Below are positions 19,328-26,645 of a stretch of DNA of 28,871 nt, piece by piece. Made by a program: the position numbers and the translations under genes. Source of the DNA: Candidatus Diapherotrites archaeon CG10_big_fil_rev_8_21_14_0_10_31_34 (GTDB lineage: Archaea; Iainarchaeota; Iainarchaeia; Iainarchaeales; 1-14-0-10-31-34); contig PFAI01000015.1 of NCBI GenBank assembly GCA_002763225.1, positions 886-29,756 on the forward strand, given 5' to 3'. The notes beneath the pieces were generated by a model. The model was given only the letters and a program-made list of their open reading frames with translations, had not been told where the DNA came from and made no database searches. Position 1 is the stretch's first letter, and each line of letters begins with the position of its first letter.

Positions 19328-20299
19328 TTAATAAATAGGGTGTGCAAGTGTTTTAAATTTATTTGTTGTCATCAACGAAACCATTTTATTAAGACGCCAT
19401 TGTTTCACTGGGTGAATAAACAATATTTCATTATTAAGTTTTTCAATATCTTTGTGTCTTTCTATTTGAATATAGCTAGACTGTTTACCCAAATCAAAAT
19501 AAGGCCCATTTACACTAATATTAAAAACCTCCTGCAAAATTTCTTTCATTGATTTTATAAAATTGTGTGATTTCATTCTAAGCTTTATTCTTGGTTGAGA
19601 GTTTAATCCTCTTTCAACGGCCCTCGTATCTCCATCTGCATCAAAAACTCCTCGTATAAACCATTTCTTAATTTCCGGAAAAGAATTTTCAATCAAAATA
19701 GGAACTTTTAAAGTCTCATATTTTTTGCCTGAAGGAACCCCAAAAACTTCGGTTAAAAAACGGTAAATTACTTTGTTTGTTGGGTTTAGATAATAAAGCT
19801 GTTCTCCTTTTTGTATTCTTTCAGTTCTAATTGGAAACACTGCACCAAATAACTCATAAAACAATTTTTTTATTTTTTTAATTTGTTCTAAAAATTCATC
19901 TCCAACAATAATTTTGTGTTCAAACCTTCTGGTTTTTAAGTAAGTTTTTTTAATGTCTTTTAAACCACCATCCCCTAAAAAATAACCAACAAAATAAGCT
20001 AATTTTGGGTTAAGTTTTTTTGGCAAATTTATTGGTTTAGCCCCTTTTGCTTTCACAAATTTAAAATTGGAATAAATTTTTTTAGTGTTTTTAAGTAAGA
20101 AATCAGAGTCTATGACAAAAAATTGACCTTCTGAAAAACATTTCAGATAAGAAGCTTTTTCATCAATTTCTTCAATATATAAATCAGGCAAATAATTTGG
20201 AAGATTGGTTGCGGGTGCGTTTTTGATTTTAATTTCTTTAAGCTGTTCTTTTAGAATTTTTCCATATTTGGTTTTTAAAAATAAATTAGTCGACATCAC
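19328..20299 (-). CDS. Free-standing two-motif LAGLIDADG endonuclease-like protein
   Basis: LAYFVGYFLGDG and WFIRGVFDADG motifs with acidic catalytic positions retained; no intein splicing motifs visible. Confidence 0.85.
   Translation of the reverse strand: MMSTNLFLKTKYGKILKEQLKEIKIKNAPATNLPNYLPDLYIEEIDEKASYLKCFSEGQFFVIDSDFLLKNTKKIYSNFKFVKAKGAKPINLPKKLNPKLAYFVGYFLGDGGLKDIKKTYLKTRRFEHKIIVGDEFLEQIKKIKKLFYELFGAVFPIRTERIQKGEQLYYLNPTNKVIYRFLTEVFGVPSGKKYETLKVPILIENSFPEIKKWFIRGVFDADGDTRAVERGLNSQPRIKLRMKSHNFIKSMKEILQEVFNISVNGPYFDLGKQSSYIQIERHKDIEKLNNEILFIHPVKQWRLNKMVSLMTTNKFKTLAHPIY
19351..19357 (-). promoter_or_regulatory. Putative TATA box for tRNA-Phe, inside the LAGLIDADG 3' end
   Basis: TTTAAAA on the minus strand about 30 nt upstream of tRNA G1. 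Confidence 0.4.
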
Positions 20300-20371
20300 A
20301 AATTTTTGTTTTTTCTATTTAAAAACAAAAACTAGACACAGCTCTGCCGATGAAAAAAATGTAGCAAGGCA

Positions 20372-20423
20372 GTACTATCGAGCAAAGCGAAGATAGTACA
20401 CTCCACAGCCGCGAGTTGCGGCT
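20372..20423 (-). ncRNA. Structured 3' trailer of tRNA-Lys(CTT): two hairpins
   Basis: AGCCGC/GCGGCT stem (20407-20423) and GTACTATC/GATAGTAC stem (20372-20399). Confidence 0.55.
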
Positions 20424-20425
20424 AA

Positions 20426-20498
20426 CGAGCCCAAGGGGATTCGAACCCCTGACATCCAGCTTAAGAGGCTGGCGCTCTACCGACTGAGCTATGGGCCC
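20426..20498 (-). tRNA. tRNA-Lys(CTT)
   Basis: GGGCCCATAGCTCAGTCGGTAGAGCG-CCAGC-CTCTTAA-GCTGG...GGTTCGAATCC...GGGCTCG; 73 nt, CCA not encoded. Confidence 0.96.
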
Positions 20499-20587
20499 AA
20501 CAACTTTAAAAAAAGTTGTACAAAAAAACAAGGCTTACTTTAAAATTAAACTGCAAAAGTTTTAAGAACAAAATGAGGTTTAAGACA

Positions 20588-20642
20588 GCATCATCGAACC
20601 AAAGCGAAGATGATGCATCGTGCTTAAACGGCGAAACGTTTA
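20588..20642 (-). ncRNA. Structured 3' trailer of tRNA-Lys(TTT): two hairpins
   Basis: TAAACG/CGTTTA stem (20625-20642) and GCATCATC/GATGATGC stem (20588-20616); the loop is nearly identical to that of the other trailer. Confidence 0.55.
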
Positions 20643-20715
20643 CGAGTCCGAAGGGATTCGAACCCTCGACACCCGGCTTAAAAGGCCGGTGCTCTACCGA
20701 CTGAGCTACGGACCC
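20643..20715 (-). tRNA. tRNA-Lys(TTT)
   Basis: GGGTCCGTAGCTCAGTCGGTAGAGCA-CCGGC-CTTTTAA-GCCGG...GGTTCGAATCC...GGACTCG; 73 nt. Confidence 0.96.
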
Positions 20716-20829
20716 AAAACTTTTAAAAAAAGTTGTGGTAAAAAACATTTTGTATTAAAAAAATATTACTTCAATAAAAATATAAATGTGCTTTAGAAGC
20801 AGTAAAAGAATTAAGTAAAAAAAGTTATA

Positions 20830-22116
20830 TTAAACTTTCTTTTTTGGTTTTAGTTCCTTTAAACCAAGCATATAAGGCCAAAGTGCTTTAGGGATTTTTA
20901 CTGTGCCTTGTTTTGTCTGAAAATTTTCTAAAATTAAACGCAACATTCTTGCAGTAGCAACCATAGTATTATTTAATGTGTGAACCAATTTCTTTTCTTT
21001 TCCATCAAAATACTTTATATTTAATCTTCTTGCCTGAAAATCAGTGCAATTAGAACAAGACATTACTTCAATATATTTTTTTTCTCTTGGAGAGTAGGCT
21101 TCAATATCATATTTTTTTGAAGCAACAACCCCAATATCTCCTGTACAAACATTGACTACTCTAAAAGGAATTCCTAAAAGTTTAAGAAAGTCTTCTGAGT
21201 TTCTTAATAATTCTTCGTGAAATTTTTCTGAATCTTCTTCTTTGCAGAAAATAACTTGTTCTATTTTGTTAAATTGATGAACTCTAAACAAACCTCTTTC
21301 ATCCAAACCGTGTTTTCCAACTTCTTTTCTAAAACAAGCAGAACATCCGACAAACTTCAAAGGAAGATTTTTTTCATCCAGGGTTTCATCCATATGCATA
21401 GCCACAATAGGGTGCTCTGAAGTAGCAATCAGATAAAGATCTTGATTTTCAAGTTTATACATTACATTTTCAAAATCATTTAAATCAGTGACTCCAGAAT
21501 AAGGTCTTCTTTTCATAAGAAAAGGGGGGTGAACCAGCAAATATCCTTTTTTAAACAAAATATCTATGGCTAAATTTCTTAAAGCATGTTCAAGCAAAGC
21601 AAGTTCGCCTTTTAAAAAATAAAATCCTGTTCCTGAAATTTTAACTGCTCTTTCAAAGTCTGCTCCATTTAATTCAACTGCGAGTTTTCCATGGTGCTTT
21701 AATTCAAAATCAAAAACAGGAATTTTTCCCTCTTTTTTTATTTCTTTGTTTTCAGAGTCATCTTTACCAAAAGGAACGCTGTCATGCAACAAATTAGGCA
21801 GTTTGTATAAGAGTTCTTCAAACTCTTTTTTCAATAAAAAAAGTTTTTGTTCTTTTTCTTTTAACTGGATAGGGAGCAGTTTTGCTTCCTTCAGAGCATC
21901 AAAAACGTTTTTTTTAGATGAAATTCCTTTTTGTATTTCCGCAGTAATTTTGTTTCTTTTAAATCTTAACTCCTCGGTTTCCTTTAACAGTTCACGCGTT
22001 TCCTTATCAACAACAATTAATTTATCAAACACGCCCAAATATTCTTTTGACTGTCTTTTCTCCAAATTCGTTTTTACCAAAAAAGGATTTTCCCTAATTA
22101 ATTTAATATCAAGCAT
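20830..22116 (-). CDS. serS: Seryl-tRNA synthetase
   Basis: Start reassigned to ATG 22116 (MLDIKLIRENP). LIATSEHP, FRKE...GLFRVHQFNKIEQ, SCSNCTDFQARRL, HTLN. Confidence 0.97.
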   Translation of the reverse strand: MLDIKLIRENPFLVKTNLEKRQSKEYLGVFDKLIVVDKETRELLKETEELRFKRNKITAEIQKGISSKKNVFDALKEAKLLPIQLKEKEQKLFLLKKEFEELLYKLPNLLHDSVPFGKDDSENKEIKKEGKIPVFDFELKHHGKLAVELNGADFERAVKISGTGFYFLKGELALLEHALRNLAIDILFKKGYLLVHPPFLMKRRPYSGVTDLNDFENVMYKLENQDLYLIATSEHPIVAMHMDETLDEKNLPLKFVGCSACFRKEVGKHGLDERGLFRVHQFNKIEQVIFCKEEDSEKFHEELLRNSEDFLKLLGIPFRVVNVCTGDIGVVASKKYDIEAYSPREKKYIEVMSCSNCTDFQARRLNIKYFDGKEKKLVHTLNNTMVATARMLRLILENFQTKQGTVKIPKALWPYMLGLKELKPKKKV

Positions 22117-22174
22117 AATACCAACAAATTCAATAAAAGATATTATAAAAATAGTAAGCAACCAATAAAATAAT

Positions 22175-22714
22175 ATGGTTAAAGATGTTTGTGTTTTAAG
22201 GTTAGGGCACAGGATTTACAGAGATATAAGAACTACAACGCATTGTGCTTTAACTGCAAGAGCGTTTGGAGCAAAAAAAATAATAGTGGTAGGAGAAGAA
22301 GATAATTCAATAAAAAAAACAATTCAAAATGTTGTGGAAAACTGGGGGGGAAAATTCGAAATAGACTTTTCATCTGATTTAAAAAAAGAAATAAAAAAAA
22401 GAAAAAAAGAAAAATATACGTTGGTTCATTTGACAATGTATGGAGAAAGAATAGGGGAAAAGATAAAAGAAATAAGAAAAATAAAAAAAGTTTGTATAAT
22501 AATTGGTGCAGAAAAAGTTCCCCCAATAGTCTATAAAGAAAGCGATTATAATATTTCGGTGGGAAACCAGCCACATTCAGAAGTTGCTGCTCTGGCAGTA
22601 ACCTTAAATGAATTGTTTGAAGGGAAAGCATTAAACAAAAAATTTAACAAAGCCCAAATTAAAATTATTCCCCAAAAGAAAGGCAAAAAGACAAAAAAAA
22701 CCAGATTAGTTTAA
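22175..22714 (+). CDS. trm56: tRNA (cytidine56-2'-O)-methyltransferase aTrm56
   Basis: LRLGHR..RD.R.TTH.ALTARAFGA, VHLTMYG, GAEKVP, NQPHSEVAALA. Confidence 0.95.
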   Translation: MVKDVCVLRLGHRIYRDIRTTTHCALTARAFGAKKIIVVGEEDNSIKKTIQNVVENWGGKFEIDFSSDLKKEIKKRKKEKYTLVHLTMYGERIGEKIKEIRKIKKVCIIIGAEKVPPIVYKESDYNISVGNQPHSEVAALAVTLNELFEGKALNKKFNKAQIKIIPQKKGKKTKKTRLV

Positions 22715-22739
22715 ATTGATTTTCACAAAACAAAATTAT

Positions 22740-23267
22740 ATGGCGAAAAAAGACATTTTATCTAACGAGATGACAAAATCTTTTATTATACGCGTTGGCG
22801 GGAATGATGCATTGTCTTTGATAAAAGTCTGTGAAAGTAAAAATAGAAAAGTCACAGATGAAGAAGTAGCAAAAAAAACAAAATTAAAAATAACAGAAGT
22901 CAGGGCAATATTAAACAGACTACATTATAGAGGTATAGCCTGTTATGATAAAAAAAAAAATAATCAAACCGGGTGGTATTCATACACCTGGGAAATCAAA
23001 ACAAGAAGAATTGCTGAGCTGATTATTGAAGAACAAAGCGAAGAAATCAAAAAACTCGAAAAAAAACTTGAATTTGAAAAAGATTATGTGTTTTTTTCCT
23101 GCAAAACAAATTGTGGAAATGTCCCATTTGAAGTAGCAGCGGAATATCAGTTTAGATGCCCCAAATGTGGGAAACCAATGGATGTAGTAAATAACAAAAA
23201 AAGGATTAAAGATATTAAAAAACAATTAATAGTGGTTGAACTGGCGTTAAAGAAGCTATCAAACTGA
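22740..23267 (+). CDS. tfe: Transcription factor E (TFE/TFIIE-alpha)
   Basis: ATG at 22740. wHTH TDEEVA...VRAILNRL, GWYSYTW, Zn ribbon C..C / FEVAAEYQFRCPKCG. Confidence 0.93.
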   Translation: MAKKDILSNEMTKSFIIRVGGNDALSLIKVCESKNRKVTDEEVAKKTKLKITEVRAILNRLHYRGIACYDKKKNNQTGWYSYTWEIKTRRIAELIIEEQSEEIKKLEKKLEFEKDYVFFSCKTNCGNVPFEVAAEYQFRCPKCGKPMDVVNNKKRIKDIKKQLIVVELALKKLSN

Positions 23268-23445
23268 TTAAAAAACACAAAAACTTGGACAAATAAGAAA
23301 ACAACAAATCAAAAAAGAAAAAGGCATTAAAGAAGATTAAAATAAATTTAAAGAAAAAAAAGCGGTTAAAAAGATTAAAAAACCACAAAAACAAAACCAA
23401 AGAACAAAAAAGCCTTAAAAATTGGTTTAAATTCAAAAAAAAGCT

Positions 23446-23520
23446 AGCGGGGTGGGGCAGCCAGGAGTGCCCGTCGGGCTCATAACCCGAAGGTCGCAGG
23501 TTCAAATCCTGCCCCCGCTA
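23446..23520 (+). tRNA. Initiator tRNA-Met(CAT)
   Basis: AGCGGGG acceptor stem with A1:U72, three G:C pairs in the anticodon stem (TCGGG-CTCATAA-CCCGA), GGTTCAAATCC. Confidence 0.96.
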
Positions 23521-23554
23521 CTCTCATTTTTTTGTCAAAAACTCAAAAACTAAC

Positions 23555-23895
23555 CTCACTAGCCCCTAATTATTTGATTAACTAAATATCTATTAAAAAA
23601 AGCCAACTCTTTTTCAATCCGGCTAAGATGCCCTCAAAAACAATTGACTCACCAAACCAACAAAATCTAAAAAACAAAGCTCACTAACAACAAGACAATT
23701 TAAAAAATGCCAAAACCCTCTAAACTTCAAAAACCATTTGAAACCAATTTAATCTCACTATTCAAAAAAACACGGCTATTTAGCCGTAAAAAAGCAGTTT
23801 AGTTAGTAATTACTTAAGGAAAATCAGGAAATTAAAGGTAATTACTGGTAAAAAAAGTAAAAAGAGTTAAGTTTTTAAGTAGTTAAGGTAATTAT
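23555..23895. repeat. Intergenic array of short repeats and palindromes
   Basis: CTCAC(T/C)A at 23555, 23648, 23680 and 23754; ACGGCTA-TT-TAGCCGT at 23772-23787; GTAATTA(C/T) at 23806, 23838 and 23888. Confidence 0.6.
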
Positions 23896-23899
23896 AATA

Positions 23900-24337
23900 A
23901 TGAAACATATGATTAAAGAGATTTTTAGCAGAGTTTTTTCAATTTTTAAAACTAAAAAAACTGAAAAGCAATCTGGGAAAACAATTTATGAAGATGAAGA
24001 AAGAGGAATCATCCCAGAGATTTATAGTTTGTGGGATTATATAAATCCTTTAGAAAACACCCAAGCACACCATATTTTATCAGTAATTGGTTTTGATGAA
24101 TGGGTGCCGATGGATGAAATCAAAAGAAGGATTAGAGAGCTTTTTTCAATTGAATATAAAAATGACCGAAGCCTTTACCCTTATATCAAAACAATGGTTG
24201 ATGTCGGGTTGTTAGAATCAATTAATGCCGGCGGAAAAAGAAAATGGAGAAAAAGAGATTTAATTATAAAAGTAAAAGAAAAAATAAGGGAAAAAGAAGA
24301 AGAAAGATTATTGGCTTTTGAGAAAAGTATACAATGA
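23900..24337 (+). CDS. Hypothetical winged-helix protein with N-terminal amphipathic helix
   Basis: ILSVI..EWVPMDEIKRRI..RSLYPYIKTMVDVGLLES..GGKRKWR fits the wHTH pattern; N-terminus IKEIFSRVFSIFKTKK. Confidence 0.6.
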   Translation: MKHMIKEIFSRVFSIFKTKKTEKQSGKTIYEDEERGIIPEIYSLWDYINPLENTQAHHILSVIGFDEWVPMDEIKRRIRELFSIEYKNDRSLYPYIKTMVDVGLLESINAGGKRKWRKRDLIIKVKEKIREKEEERLLAFEKSIQ

Positions 24338-24898
24338 ATAAAAATATTTTAGTTTATCTGATTTGTTGTAAACTTCTTTAAACCAAGAGGTATTTACTAT
24401 TTTATCTGATGCAGTTAGAGCTGTTTGAGAAAAAACTACATCAGAAGTTTTCTTTTCCATTTGGCGTTTTTTTATTGTTTCCATTTCAGACAAAAGTAAT
24501 CCGTGTTCTTTTAAAGGGTTTATAATATGAGTTCTGTCAAGCAGGTGTTCTAATGAACTAATTACTGCGGTTTCGTCAACTTCTTTTTCGTTTAAATAAT
24601 ATACTGCTTTCCAATCCCCTTTTATTGTCCAAGAATGGCTTGGGTTTTTTCCTGTTTTAAAAAAGCTTATTAATTCTGAGAATTTTTCCTGAGGAATCAC
24701 TACACAGTTTTTCCCGTGTTTTATAAAAGGAGTTTTAGAGAGAATTCCTGGTCTGTGGTAAACATAAGTTTTACCACTTGATTTAGAGACTTGCTGGGAA
24801 TACCCATAAATGGCCCTAAATAGTTTTTGATAAGTATAAGATGAGTGTTTTACGGTTTTAGGCAAAATAAATTTATATTGAACAAAATACCCTTTCAC
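24308..24898 (-). CDS. Hypothetical protein, possible Cas2/VapD-like ferredoxin fold
   Basis: GTG start with GAGGGG RBS. Pattern FVQYKF..KLFRAIYGY..GILS..GKNCVVIP..LISFF. Overlaps the wHTH gene tail-to-tail by 30 bp. Confidence 0.55.
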   Translation of the reverse strand: MKGYFVQYKFILPKTVKHSSYTYQKLFRAIYGYSQQVSKSSGKTYVYHRPGILSKTPFIKHGKNCVVIPQEKFSELISFFKTGKNPSHSWTIKGDWKAVYYLNEKEVDETAVISSLEHLLDRTHIINPLKEHGLLLSEMETIKKRQMEKKTSDVVFSQTALTASDKIVNTSWFKEVYNKSDKLKYFYSLYTFLKSQ

Positions 24899-25064
24899 AG
24901 AGACCCCTCAATTCCAGTAATACTTATATATATACAATATAAGCATCTTTTATGTATATATATATGTTATAATTAAATATAAATGTTTGTGAAGAAATAA
25001 CCTTTATTTATAAATAAACAAAAAATAGCTACTTAAAAATAGAAAAAAAGAAGAAAAAGAAAAA

Positions 25065-25373
25065 CTATCTTCTTTTAACATATGAAGAATAATATGACTT
25101 TTGGGGTTTTACTTCCTCTTCTTCGGAATCAGATATTTTTCCAGTTCTGACAATTATTATGTCTTTAGCAGATTTTACATTTCTATAAGGAACACTTTTT
25201 TCTTTAATTATTTTTTTTGCCTCTTGTTTTGATCTGACTTTTAATGGTTCAGTAGTAATTGTTTCTATTTTGCCTTTTTCAAGATTAATAACCAGATCAA
25301 AAACTTTTCCTTTGTATTCTGCATTGTCTGTATAAATGTCCATTCCAAAAAGTTTTGATAATCTTACACTCAC
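25065..25373 (-). CDS. PRC-barrel domain protein (possible CdpB-like division protein)
   Basis: LSKLFGMDIYTDNAEYKGKVFDLVIN...VPYRNVKSAKDIIIV; GAGGTG RBS and a TATA-like tract at about 25416-25427. Confidence 0.85.
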   Translation of the reverse strand: MSVRLSKLFGMDIYTDNAEYKGKVFDLVINLEKGKIETITTEPLKVRSKQEAKKIIKEKSVPYRNVKSAKDIIIVRTGKISDSEEEEVKPQKSYYSSYVKRR

Positions 25374-25479
25374 AAGAACACCTCTATAATTTTTAGATTA
25401 AATATTAACATCATTTATATATATAAGCTTTTGGGTTTTGTTAAGAAAATTTTGAAGAATTTGACTTAAATACTATTTT

Positions 25480-25578
25480 AAAACCAAAGAAAACCCACCT
25501 TATACATAACTGTTGGTTTGGGGCGTGTTTAGTTGGTATTGTAAAAACCAAAGACAACACACATATACATAATTATTG
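25480..25578. repeat. Two imperfect ~36-bp direct repeats downstream of the recombinase gene
   Basis: AAAACCAAAGAAAACCCACCTTATACATAACTGTTG (25480-25515) and AAAACCAAAGACAACACACATATACATAATTATTG (25544-25578). Confidence 0.8.
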
Positions 25579-25674
25579 TTGTTTTTTTAGGGGACTTTAA
25601 TTGGTTAATCTAATGATTTTGAGCAAATTCATGAATTTACTTTAATTTTCTTGGATTAGTGGAAGTACAGCGTG

Positions 25675-26538
25675 TCAAAGGCTATCTAAAGGACTTTTGA
25701 CTTTTTTAAGCTCTTCTGTTGAAACAAAAGTGTATATTTGGGTTGTTGCAAGATTGCTGTGGCCTAATAATTCCTGTATCTTCCTGATATTTTCTCCGGA
25801 TTCAAGTAAATGCGTGGCAAAAGAGTGCCTTAAAACATGCGGAGTAACTTTTTTCTGAATCCCTGCTTTTAAAGCACATTTTTTTACCATTCTTTCAATG
25901 GTATCTGATGTAATTGGTTTTCCATTTTTTTTTGAAAAAACAAATTCGCTTTGGATTTTCTTTTTTTTCAGGTATTTTTTTAAGTTATGAACCCATTTTT
26001 TTGAAAGAATTATTATTCTGTCTTTTTTTCCTTTCCCGCTTTGCACTCTTGCAACACCCTCAAATAAATCTAAATTTACTATTCTCATTTTTGCACACTC
26101 ACTTACTCTTATTCCACTGGCATAAAGAAATTCAATTATTGTTCTGTTTCTTCCGGATTTTGCTGCTTTAATTAATGCTTTGATTTCTTTTATGGTTAAA
26201 ATTGTTGGTAATTTTTTGTCTTTTTTTGGAATTTTTATTTCGTTTAAAATCTTGTTTTTCAGAATTGTGTTAAAAAAAAATTTTAACGAGGCATGAATTA
26301 ATGAAAGAGACGCATTTGAAAGATTTTCTTTTTCTCTTTTTACTGCAAGATAACTTACAATATCTTCTCTGGCAACTTCTTTAACGGGTTTTTTTATTTT
26401 TTTAAAAAAATCTTCTAAATAACATAAATACATTTTAAGGGTCTTATCAGAATACCCTGCGATGATTAACTCTTCTCTGGTTGTTTGCAGGAATTTTTTT
26501 TGTTCCTCGGTAAATTCTTCTGGATTTTTTTCTTTCAT
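25675..26538 (-). CDS. xerA: Tyrosine recombinase, XerA/XerC-D type
   Basis: N-terminal SAM-like domain and full catalytic set: R (SGIRVSE), K (GKGKKDR), HVLRH, LLGH, TQIYT. No IntI-specific insertion. Confidence 0.88.
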   Translation of the reverse strand: MKEKNPEEFTEEQKKFLQTTREELIIAGYSDKTLKMYLCYLEDFFKKIKKPVKEVAREDIVSYLAVKREKENLSNASLSLIHASLKFFFNTILKNKILNEIKIPKKDKKLPTILTIKEIKALIKAAKSGRNRTIIEFLYASGIRVSECAKMRIVNLDLFEGVARVQSGKGKKDRIIILSKKWVHNLKKYLKKKKIQSEFVFSKKNGKPITSDTIERMVKKCALKAGIQKKVTPHVLRHSFATHLLESGENIRKIQELLGHSNLATTQIYTFVSTEELKKVKSPLDSL

Positions 26539-26645
26539 AGAAAGAGTATGTTTTGTTTGGTTATAAAGTCTTTTGGTTTTAGGTTCTTTTTTTATTTGGT
26601 TTCATATACTGTTTTCTTGTATAAACTGAATTAGGAGTTGTTTTT

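Noticed and set aside
19328..20299. LAGLIDADG as part of an intein or of the tRNA intron
   Set aside because: No host extein or Hint splicing motifs, and both tRNA-Phe exons lie downstream of its stop.
20319..20748. Two similar short ORFs (70 and 80 aa) that look like paralogous peptides
   Set aside because: They are translations of the two tRNA-Lys genes and their flanks.
23215..23505. 96-aa minus-strand ORF and Lys-rich plus-strand reading after tfe
   Set aside because: Antisense to tRNA-iMet and low-complexity A-rich DNA; the plus frames contain stops or lack a start.
23446..26538. Integrated element at tRNA-iMet using the tyrosine recombinase
   Set aside because: No duplicated tRNA 3' end (att repeat) was seen, there are no viral or plasmid genes, and the enzyme looks Xer-like.
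25480..26538. Archaeal integron
   Set aside because: The recombinase lacks the IntI-specific insertion and I found no attC-like hairpin cassette array.
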